Origin: Owenia fusiformis
Lineage: Eukaryota
Direction of reading: 5' to 3'
DNA length: 64,000 nt
Assembly: GCA_903813345.2 (NCBI GenBank)
Contig: CAIIXF020000001.1
Coordinates: forward strand, 124,001 to 188,000
The notes under the pieces were generated by a model. The model did not search any database, was not told the DNA's origin, and worked only from the letters and a program-made list of their open reading frames with translations. Of this stretch, positions 1 to 11,730 are shown piece by piece; position 1 is the first letter of the stretch; each line of letters begins with the position of its first letter. The position numbers and the translations under genes were made by a program.

Positions 1-3000
1 GTTTAATGTGATAGTTAACTGGAGACTTGGAATAATGAATCTTATTGTAAGTGAGAAGGGTACCTGCTTCCTGAACACATATCCTTGTTTAATGTGATAG
101 TTAACTGGAGACTTGGAATAATGAATCTTATTGTAAGTGAGAAGGGTACCTGCTTCCTGAACACATATCTTTGTTTAATGTGATAGTTAATTGGAGACTT
201 GGAATAATGAATCTTATTGTAAGTGAGAAGGGTACCTGCTTCCTGAACACATATCCTTGTTTAATGTGATAGTTAATTGGAGACTTGGAATAATGAATAT
301 TATTGTAAGTGAGAAGGGTACCTGCTTCCTGAACACATATATTTGTTTAATGTGATAGTTAACTGGAGACTTGGAATAATGAATCTTATTGTAAGTGAGA
401 AGGGTACCTGCTTCCTGAACACATATCTTTGTTTAATGTGATAGTTAACTGGAGACTTGGAATAATGAATCTTATTGTAAGTGAGAAGGGTACCTGCTTC
501 CTGAACACATATCTTTGTTTAATGTGATAGTTAACTGGAGACTTGGAATAATGAATCTTATTGTAAGTGACAAGGGTACCTGCTTCCTGAACACATATCT
601 TTGTTTAATGTGATTAAGTTAACTGGAGACTTGGAATACTGAATCTTATTGTAAGTGAGAAGGGTACCTGCTTCCTGAACACATATCTTTGTTTAATGTG
701 ATAGTTAACTGGAGACTTGGAATAATGAATCTTATTGTAAGTGACAAGGGTACCTGCTTCCTGAACACATATCTTTGTTTAATGTGATAGTTAATGAAGA
801 CTAAGAATACTGAATCTTATTGTAAGTGAGAAGGGTACCTGCTTCCTGAACACATATCTTTGTTTGATGTGAAAGTTAACTGGAGACTTGGAATAATAAA
901 TCTTATTGTAAGTGACAAGGGTACCTGCTTCCTGAACACATATCTTTGTTTAATGTGATAGTTAACTGGAGACTTGGAATACTGAATCTTATTGTAAGTG
1001 AGAAGGGTACCTGCTTCCTGAACACATATCTTTGTTTAATGTGATAGTTAATTGGAGACTTGGAATAATGAATCTTATTGTAAGTGAGAAGGGTACCTGC
1101 TTCCTGAACACATATCTTTGTTTAATGTGATAGTTAATTGAAGACTTGGAATAATGAATCTTATTGTAAGTGAGAAGGGTACCTGCTTCCTGAACACATA
1201 TCTTTGTTTAATGTGATAGTTAATTGAAGACTTGGAATAATGAATCTTATTGTAAGTGACAAGGGTACCTGCTTCCTGAACACATATCTTTGTTTAATGT
1301 GATTAAGTTAACTGGAGACTTGGAATAATGAATCTTATTGTAAGTGAGAAGGGTACCTGCTTCCTGAACACATATCTTTGTTTAATGTGATTAAGTTAAC
1401 TGGAGACTTGGAATAATGAATCTTATTGTAAGTGAGAAGGGTACCTGCTTCCCGAACACATATCTTTGTTTAATGTGATAGTTAACTGGAGACTTGGAAT
1501 AATGAATCTTATTGTAAGTGACAAGGGTACCTGCTTCCTGAACACATATCTTTGTTTAATGTGATAGTTAACTGGAGACTTGGAATAATGAATCTTATTG
1601 TAAGTGACAAGGGTACCTGCTTCCTGAACACATATCCTTGTTTAATGTGATAGTTAACTGGAGACTTGGAATAATGAATCTTATTGTAAGTGAGAAGGGT
1701 ACCTGCTTCCTGAACACATATCTTTGTTTAATGTGATAGTTAACTGGAGACTTGGAATACTGAATCTTATTGTAAGTGAGATGGGTACCTGCTTCCTGAA
1801 CACATATCTTTGTTTAATGTGATAGTTAACTGGAGACTTGGAATACTGAATCTTATTGTAAGTGAGAAGGGTACCTGCTTCCTGAACACATATCTTTGTT
1901 TAATGTGATAGTTAATTGGAGACTTGGAATACTGAATCTTATTGTAAGTGAGATGGGTACCTGCTTCCTGAACACATATCTTTGTTTAATGTGATAGTTA
2001 ATTGGAGACTTGGAATAATGAATCTTATTGTAAGTGAGAAGGGTACCTGCTTCCTGAACACATATCTTTGTTTAATGTGATAGTTAATTGGAGACTTGGA
2101 ATAATGAATCTTATTGTAAGTGAGAAGGGTACCTGCTTCCTGAACACATATCCTTGTTTAATGTGATAGTTAATTGGAGACTTGGAATAATGAATCTTAT
2201 TGTAAGTGAGAAGGGTACCTGCTTCCTGAACACATATCTTTGTTTAATGTGATAGTTAATTGGAGGCTTGGAATAATGAATCTTATTGTAAGTGAGAAGG
2301 GTACCTGCTTCCTGAACACATATCTTTGTTTAATGTGATAGTTAATTGGAGACTTGGAATAATGAATCTTATTGTAAGTGAGAAGGGTACCTGCTTCCTG
2401 AACACATATCCTTGTTTAATGTGATAGTTAATTGGAGACTTGGAATAATGAATCTTATTGTAAGTGAGAAGGGTACCTGCTTCCTGAACACATATCTTTG
2501 TTTAATGTGATAGTTAATTGAAGACTAAGAATACTGAATCTTATTGTAAGTGAGAAGGGTACCTGCTTCCTGAACACATATCTTTGTTTAATGTGATAGT
2601 TAATTGGAGACTTGGAATAATGAATCTTATTGTAAGTGAGAAGGGTACCTGCTTCCTGAACACATATCTTTGTTTAATGTGATAGTTAATTGGAGACTTG
2701 GAATAATGAATCTTATTGTAAGTGAGAAGGGTACCTGCTTCCTGAACACATATCTTTGTTTAATGTGATAGTTAATTGGAGACTTGGAATAATGAATATT
2801 ATTGTAAGTGAGAAGGGTACCTGCTTCCTGAACACATATATTTGTTTAATGTGATAGTTAACTGGAGACTTGGAATACTGAATCTTATTGTAAGTGAGAA
2901 GGGTACCTGCTTCCTGAACACATATCTTTGTTTAATGTGATAGTTAACTGGAGACTTGGAATAATGAATCTTATTGTAAGTGAGAAGGGTACCTGCTTCC

Positions 3001-6000
3001 TGAACACATATCTTTGTTTAATGTGATAGTTAATTGGAGACTTGGAATAATGAATCTTATTGTAAGTGAGAAGGGTACCTGCTTCCTGAACACATATCTT
3101 TGTTTAATGTGATTAAGTTAACTGGAGACTTGGAATAATGAATCTTATTGTAAGTGACAAGGGTACCTGCTTCCTGAACACATATCTTTGTTTAATGTGA
3201 TTAAGTTAACTGGAGACTTGGAATACTGAATCTTATTGTAAGTGACAAGGGTACCTGCTTCCTGAACACATATCTTTGTTTAATGTGAAAGTTAACTGGA
3301 GACTTGGAATACTGAATCTTATTGTAAGTGAGAAGGGTACCTGCTTCCTGAACACATATCTTTGTTTAATGTGATAGTTAACTGGAGACTTGGAATAATG
3401 AATCTTATTGTAAGTGAGAAGGGTACCTGCTTCCTGAACACATATCCTTGTTTAATGTGATAGTTAACTGGAGACTTGGAATAATGAATCTTATTGTAAG
3501 TGAGAAGGGTACCTGCTTCCTGAACACATATCTTTGTTTAATGTGATAGTTAATTGGAGACTTGGAATAATGAATCTTATTGTAAGTGAGAAGGGTACCT
3601 GCTTCCTGAACACATATCCTTGTTTAATGTGATAGTTAACTGGAGACTTGGAATAATGAATCTTATTGTAAGTGAGAAGGGTACCTGCTTCCTGAACAGA
3701 TATCTTTGTTTAATGTGATAGTTAACTGGAGACTTGGAATAATGAATCTTATTGTAAGTGAGAAGGGTACCTGCTTCCTGAACACATATCTTTGTTTAAT
3801 GTGATAGTTAACTGGAGACTTGGAATAATGAATCTTATTGTAAGTGACAAGGGTACCTGCTTCCTGAACACATATCTTTGTTTAATGTGATTAAGTTAAC
3901 TGGAGACTTGGAATACTGAATCTTATTGTAAGTGAGAAGGGTACCTGCTTCCTGAACACATATCTTTGTTTAATGTGATAGTTAACTGGAGACTTGGAAT
4001 AATAAATCTTATTGTAAGTGACAAGGGTACCTGCTTCCTGAACACATATCTTTGTTTAATGTGATAGTTAATGAAGACTAAGAATACTGAATCTTATTGT
4101 AAGTGAGAAGGGTACCTGCTTCCTGAACACATATCTTTGTTTAATGTGAAAGTTAACTGGAGACTTGGAATAATAAATCTTATTGTAAGTGACAAGGGTA
4201 CCTGCTTCCTGAACACATATCTTTGTTTAATGTGATAGTTAACTGGAGACTTGGAATACTGAATCTTATTGTAAGTGAGAAGGGTACCTGCTTCCTGAAC
4301 ACATATCTTTGTTTAATGTGATAGTTAATTGGAGACTTGGAATAATGAATCTTATTGTAAGTGAGAAGGGTACCTGCTTCCTGAACACATATCTTTGTTT
4401 AATGTGATAGTTAATTGAAGACTTGGAATAATGAATCTTATTGTAAGTGAGAAGGGTACCTGCTTCCTGAACACATATCTTTGTTTAATGTGATAGTTAA
4501 TTGAAGACTTGGAATAATGAATCTTATTGTAAGTGACAAGGGTACCTGCTTCCTGAACACATATCTTTGTTTAATGTGATTAAGTTAACTGGAGACTTGG
4601 AATAATGAATCTTATTGTAAGTGAGAAGGGTACCTGCTTCCTGAACACATATCTTTGTTTAATGTGATTAAGTTAACTGGAGACTTGGAATAATGAATCT
4701 TATTGTAAGTGAGAAGGGTACCTGCTTCCCGAACACATATCTTTGTTTAATGTGATAGTTAACTGGAGACTTGGAATAATGAATCTTATTGTAAGTGACA
4801 AGGGTACCTGCTTCCTGAACACATATCTTTGTTTAATGTGATAGTTAACTGGAGACTTGGAATAATGAATCTTATTGTAAGTGACAAGGGTACCTGCTTC
4901 CTGAACACATATCTTTGTTTAATGTGATAGTTAATTGGAGACTTGGAATAATGAATCTTATTGTAAGTGACAAGGGTACCTGCTTCCTGAACACATATCT
5001 TTGTTTAATGTGATAGTTAATTGGAGACTTGGAATACTGAATCTTATTGTAAGTGAGAAGGGTACTTGCTTCCTGATCACATATCTTTGTTTAATGTGAT
5101 AGTTAATTGGAGACTTGGAATAATGAATCTTATTGTAAGTGAGAAGGGTACCTGCTTCCTGAACACATATCCTTGTTTAATGTGATAGTTAATTGGAGAC
5201 TTGGAATACTGAATCTTATTGTAAGTGAGAAGGGTACTTGCTTCCTGATCACATATCTTTGTTTAATGTGATAGTTAATTGGAGACTTGGAATAATGAAT
5301 CTTATTGTAAGTGAGAAGGGTACTTGCTTCCTGATCACATATCTTTGTTTAATGTGATAGTTAATTGGAGACTTGGAATACTGAATCTTATTGTAAGTGA
5401 GAAGGGTACTTGCTTCCTGATCACATATCTTTGTTTAATGTGATAGTTAACTGGAGACTTGGAATACTGAATCTTATTGTAAGTGAGAAGGGTACTTGCT
5501 TCCTGATCACATATCTTTGTTTAATGTGATAGTTAATTGGAGACTTGGAATAATGAATCTTATTGTAAGTGAGAAGGGTACCTGCTTCCTGAACACATAT
5601 CTTTGTTTAATGTGATAGTTAACTGGAGACTTGGAATAATGAATCTTATTGTAAGTGAGAAGGGTACCTGCTTCCTGAACACATATCTTTGTTTAATGTG
5701 ATAGTTAACTGGAGACTTGGAATAATGAATCTTATTGTAAGTGAGATGGGTACCTGCTTCCTGAACACATATCTTTGTTTAATGTGATAGTTAATTGAAG
5801 ACTAAGAATACTGAATCTTATTGTAAGTGACAAGGGTACCTGCTTCCTGAACACATATCTTTGTTTAATGTGAAAGTTAACTGGAGACTTGGAATAATAA
5901 ATCTTATTGTAAGTGAGAAGGGTACCTGCTTCCTGAACACATATCTTTGTTTAATGTGATAGTTAACTGGAGACTTGGAATAATGAATCTTATTGTAAGT

Positions 6001-6644
6001 GAGAAGGGTACCTGCTTCCTGAACACATATCTTTGTTTAATGTGATAGTTAATTGGAGACTTGGAATAATGAATCTTATTGTAAGTGAGAAGGGTACCTG
6101 CTTCCTGAACACATATCTTTGTTTAATGTGATAGTTAATTGAAGACTAAGAATACTGAATCTTATTGTAAGTGACAAGGGTACCTGCTTCCTGAACACAT
6201 ATCTTTGTTTAATGTGATAGTTAACTGGAGACTTGGAATACTGAATCTTATTGTAAGTGAGAAGGGTACCTGCTTCCTGAACACATATCTTTGTTTAATG
6301 TGATTAAGTTAACTGGAGACTTGGAATACTGAATCTTATTGTAAGTGACAAGGGTACCTGCTTCCTGAACACATATCTTTGTTTAATGTGATAGTTAACT
6401 GGAGACTTGGAATACTGAATCTTATTGTAAGTGAGAAGGGTACCTGCTTCCTGAACACATATCTTTGTTTAATGTGATAGTTAACTGGAGACTTGGAATA
6501 ATGAATCTTATTGTAAGTGAGAAGGGTACCTGCTTCCTGAACACATATCTTTGTTTAATGTGATTAAGTTAACTGGAGACTTGGAATACTGAATCTTATT
6601 GTAAGTGACAAGGGTACCTGCTTCCTGAACACATATCTTTGTTT
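1..6644. repeat. 86-bp tandem satellite, about 77 copies, running off the left edge
   Basis: Unit gtttaatgtgatagttaactggagacttggaataatgaatcttattgtaagtgagaagggtacctgcttcctgaacacatatcttt restarts at 1, 87, etc., with few substitutions and occasional +2/-1 variants. It ends at 6644, inside the CNPY2 exon. Confidence 0.99.
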
Positions 6645-6714
6645 CTATTTCTGCCTCATCATCTCTCAGCAATGTGATCAGATCTTCCTCATAGTCCTCT
6701 ACAAAACTCTCACA
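6618..6714 (-). CDS. CNPY2: Canopy-2-like protein, coding exon 4 (CESFVEDYEEDLITLLRDDEAEIETKICVQEA+G)
   Basis: ttgcAG acceptor at 6716-6715 and CAG|GTACCC donor at 6617. 97 nt, phase 0 to 1. Resembles the CNPY2 segment CESIVEEYEDELIEFF...KLC. Confidence 0.9.
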
Positions 6715-8550
6715 CTGCAACAAACACAATTATAAAATGAAAGCATTTTTGCATGAACTTATTGAATGTCTTCAGGTACATGATGTTATTTAACAAATGA
6801 AATGTTATCATTATTTTGTTAAATTGATGAAAGTGGGCTACTTCATTTATTTAATAATACATGTATATTTAGTCCTATTGACTTTTGATTATTTCAATTT
6901 TTCATTTCAAATGGCGCAAGTCACAGAGTAGACTGGAGTCAACATTAACACAATCATGAATGTTGACAAAACTTAATAAAATGTGTCTATGATGTCTTTA
7001 TTTTTTTTAATGAATGTAGGAAATTGCTACTAATGACCATTATCTGTTAGAATATGTTTTAATAACCTGCTCCATTTCATTTAATTCAGCTTTACCCTTT
7101 AATGTTATTTCACATTTTCCCATTTGTTATCTAAATACGTAAGTCTAGAATTTTATCACATAAAAGCCTCTAGAAAGAGAGAGTTCTTACATTTTGGCGA
7201 GCACCCTAAAGACCTGTATCAAAATAATCCTTTATATCTTACAAAAGATTTGTGAGATTTGCCAAGGTGAACGAGGTGTCGAAAGCCACTAATTAGATGA
7301 TTAATTAAAGGCAGAACCAGATCTATAGGGGTGAAAAATATCACGCTATGTTATAAATTGGTGCAGTTATAATGGATTCAAAGTGCAAAAATAAGTGAAA
7401 AATGTTTAAATTCTCCCAAATAATAAGAATGGTAACCATTCTTACAGAAAAATAATACGTTGTTGTATATATCCCTAGTTTTCCTGAAATATAGTATGCA
7501 CTTTGGTGATTTTAAGAAAATAGACATGAGAAGGAATGACACAAGCCAGAAATATTTTAAAATTGAAACATATAGCATTCATCATTTCTAACTAGTTCAA
7601 TCAATACAATAGTGCAGTCAGTTAGCTGTTCAATTGCACATGCTATATATAAAGCACCATTATTTGACAGAAGTATCATCAATACATATATTTTTGATAT
7701 CTAACGAAGCGGTGGTGAAAAGTGGCCCCAGTTGATAATTTAAAGGCCTCAAAAATTTTGCACATTTTTTCTTTTGCCTTGTTCCAAAGTTATTAGCATT
7801 TGAATTTTGGAAAATCTCCATTGGCTGCCATTATAAACCGCTGTCAATATGGCTTTTTTAAATTGTCCTTTTCCCAAAAAGTCTACTCTGGAATTTTCTA
7901 ATATTGTAGAAGTGAAAAACCTATATTGAGCCCCGTGTTTATTTATCAATCTTTAAAAGACCCCCTGCAGAACAGTTTAAAAGTAATGAATCCCATATTC
8001 CTAGTATGTTACAATAACATGATTATCTTCAAAATTAGAAGGGTTTTTTTTTTTTTCTTTTGCCTACTTCCAAAGATACTGGCATTTGAATTTTGGAAAA
8101 TCCCCATTGGCTACCATTATAACCGCTATTAATATGTCTTTACTAAAGTGTAATTTTCTCAAATAGTCTACTATGAAATTTTCTAATATTGTAGATTTCT
8201 ATAGTATTATTCACTTAAAAGAAATCAAACAGGCACATAAAAAAAAAATTATTCCCTTCTCTCTTTTAATAGCTGGTCTATATAATAGAGAGATTTCGCA
8301 CATTAGTGAAAGTACAATTTATACGCATACGTATTCTTTAAAGGGTCATGTGGAACTATTATATTTACTAAAATCAATTTTATATTGTACTTAATGGATC
8401 ATAACTATTCCCGATATAGAAAAGCTCCATCAACTAGAGACTGTGAATGCACTGTCATCTGTATGTGTAGATTATGCACATTATAATTAAATGCTTGCTT
8501 CCGTGTCCTTGTAGTTGTAGTGTATTATAAAACAAACAAACCAAACAATA

Positions 8551-11500
8551 TTGACTATATTGCAATGGAATGCACATGGTCTATCACAACATACAAATAA
8601 AGGGGAACTACTTGAACGTTTCAATTCATATGACATTATAAATATCTGTGAAACTTGGGCAAAAATGAATCATGATTTTGACGATTTACTTGATACGCAT
8701 AAATGCTTTGGTCTAAGCAGACCTAAAACTAAATCAAGAGGCAGATACCATGGAGGGATATGTGTATTCGTTCGTAAATCACTATTAGATGGGATCAAAA
8801 ATGTATGTCATAACCTAAAAGAATCTACATTACTTCGGATTAGATAAAGATATTGGATTATTGTGCATATGTGTAGCTCCAGAAAGATCTTCACTTTATA
8901 ACCATGAAGAGGACGGAATATCTCTATTGGAAACAAAAATCATCCATTTGTTGGAGAAAGTGCCAGAATGTGACATATTATTAAGTGGTGATTCAAATTG
9001 TAGAACTGCACAATTGCAAGACTATATCACATCAGACACAGCAAAGAATATCCATTTTCCTGAACTATATAACCTTGACAACTTTCAAAAACCAAGAGCA
9101 AACCATGACACAGTAGATAACCAGTATGGCAGATCTCTTATTGATAAATGTAAAACATTTGGCATTCACATCGTAAATGGAAGAACAAAGGGTGACCCAG
9201 AAGGAAAATTCACATGTACATCAAATGATGGACTCAGCCAAGTAGATCTCACATTAGCACCAGATTCATTATTTGATAAAACTGAAAACTTTTCTGTACT
9301 AACAGTTGAAGAATCTGACCATTACCCAACACTCCTGCAGTTAAACATTAATATCCTCCATGAACAGCAACAAGACATTAACCGAAACCCGAAAATAATA
9401 AAAACCGATTCCTATAAATGGAAACATGATAAAGAACCAACATTTCAGAGAACCATGTGTGATGATGAAACAAAAGCTCTCCTGCAGAACTTTTCACGTC
9501 TGATAAATGATGGCAACATCAATGGAAGTATAAATGTCCTGAACAATATATACACAAGAGCAGGTGCAAGCATGAAACAAAAATCATCGAGCAAACAGGC
9601 AAAAAACAAACCCCAACAACCAGAATGGTGGGATAATGAACTACAGGAACTGAAAGCCAAGAAATACCGCCAATTGAACATTTTCAGGACAACACGCAAC
9701 CAAACTGACTACGAACAATACACATTATACAGGAATCAATTCAAGACATCAGTTAAACTTAAGAAGAACAAACTGAAGGCAAAGATGTGTGGCCTAATAC
9801 AAGACTGTGACAATAAATGGGCGACAATCAAACAATTGTTAAGAAAGAAACAACCTTATATCAATATTGACCCTAATGATTGGAAAGACTACTTCAATTC
9901 ACTACTGAATGATGAAACTGTAAATATTGACCAGGAATTTAAAATACTGATAGATCATACCATGCAACTCCATGACAACCTGTGTATTGAATGTGATAAT
10001 AATGACCCAGATATATTAAATGATCCAATTTTCATAAAAAGGGAACCTATATATGTCTAAATTTTCGAGGTATTTCACTTCTTGAAACCTTAGCAAAGAT
10101 GTTTAATTCAATATTCAATACAAGGATGTTAAATTGGAGTAAAGGTAACAGCGTTATAGATGAATCCCAAGCGGGATCGAGACCAGGGTACAGTACAATT
10201 GATAATATTTTCACTTTATCAGCAATGACCCAGAAACATTTGTCAACACCAGGTGGAAGGTTCTATTGTATGTTTATTGATTTCTCAAAAGCGTTTGATA
10301 ATATACCCCACCGCCACCTATTTTATAAAATGATGACTACAGGTATCCATGGTAACGTGTTAAAACTATATCAATCGATGTACAGTAAACTTCAATGCTG
10401 TGTTAAATGCGAGATAAATGTAAATATAGAGCAAGATATCCATACTATTAAACATGTAAAAGGAATTACAAATTTTTTTCCATGTACAAAGGGTATATTT
10501 CAAGGAGATTCACTCAGCCCAATGTGGTTCATTATGTATGTAAACTCATTTTTTAACATGCTGAGGGAACAAAACTGCCAAGGAATCCATATTGTAGAAG
10601 GTTCCCCTAATATAATGGCATTGTGTTATGTGGATGACTTAAATTGTATAGGTAACACTGTACCAAATGTGCAAAAACAACTTGATACCTTGGGTAGCTT
10701 TTCACGTAAATGGGGAATGAAAGTAAATTTATCCAAAACAAATGTGATGGTGTTCAGGAATGGTGGTCCCCTCAGGCAAAATGAAAAATTTTATTTTGAA
10801 GGTGCAGAGATAGAACAAATATCATATTATCAATATCTAGGTATACTATTTTCCACAAGACTCTCCTGGTCTCCAGCTAAAAGTCAGCTTGCTTCACAAG
10901 CAAAGAAATCGATTATTTTACTCAAACAACTTAACCAAAAGTGTGGAAGAATACCACTTAAACTTATGTTCTCTCTGTTTGATGCCATGGTAACACCCAT
11001 CTTGTGCTATGGTTCAGAGATGTGGGGATATGAATGGTGTAATGTAATTGAATGTACACAAGCTCAATTTTGTAAATATTATATAGGTGTGGGACCACAA
11101 TCAAATGATGCAGCAGCATTAGGCGAATGTGGCAGACTTCCACTTTGTACCACTTATATGCTTAAAACCATAAAATATTGGATAAAATTAACAGAAATGC
11201 CTAATCATAGACATCCTAAATCATGCTATACAATGCTTTATCAACTAGATCAATCGGGAAAAACAACTTGGGCATCAAAAATCAAATATTTGCTTTTTTC
11301 ACTGGGATTTGGACATGCATGGTTTGAGCAAAGTGTAGGGAACCAATTATATTTTATTTTTATATTTAAGCAAAGACTTCAGGATATGTACAGCAAAGCT
11401 TGGCTAGGGAAACTCAGGGAAAGCCCCAAATTATATACATGCATGCAATTTAAAAATATATTAGAGCCTGAATTTTATTTATTATGTAATTTAGAATATA

Positions 11501-11730
11501 GATGTATTAAAGCTCTAGCAAAATTTAGAGTTTCGAACCACTGTTTTGAAATTGAAACGGGAAGACACTGTAATATTGTAAGAGACAACAGAATGTGTAA
11601 ATATTGTACCATAATAATAGAGGATGAGTACCATGTAATGTGTAAGTGTCCTAGATACCATAATATTAGATTAAGTCTTGACATTACCTTTGTAGAAAAC
11701 TACAGCACAGATCAATTCATTCATCTATTA
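8551..11730 (+). mobile_element. Decayed RTEX/RTE-like non-LTR retrotransposon ORF2 (APE endonuclease, RT, C-terminal Cys/His motif)
   Basis: ILQWNAHGL, ICETW, GDSNCR and ESDHYP (APE). FIDFSKAFD, QGDSLSP and YVDD (RT). FRVSNHCFEIETGR...CKYC...EDEYHVMCKCP tail. Broken by stops and frameshifts near 8850 and 10060. Confidence 0.85.

Noticed and set aside
1-6644. CRISPR-like array
   Set aside because: Units are contiguous near-identical repeats with no unique spacers, there are no cas genes, and the context is a eukaryotic intron.
6508-6729. 73-aa ORF as a standalone gene
   Set aside because: It is CNPY2 exon 4 read through into flanking intron and repeat sequence.
7185-7210. LTR end plus PBS-like string (ttaca ttttggcgagc)
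   Set aside because: No matching LTR or internal coding sequence nearby.
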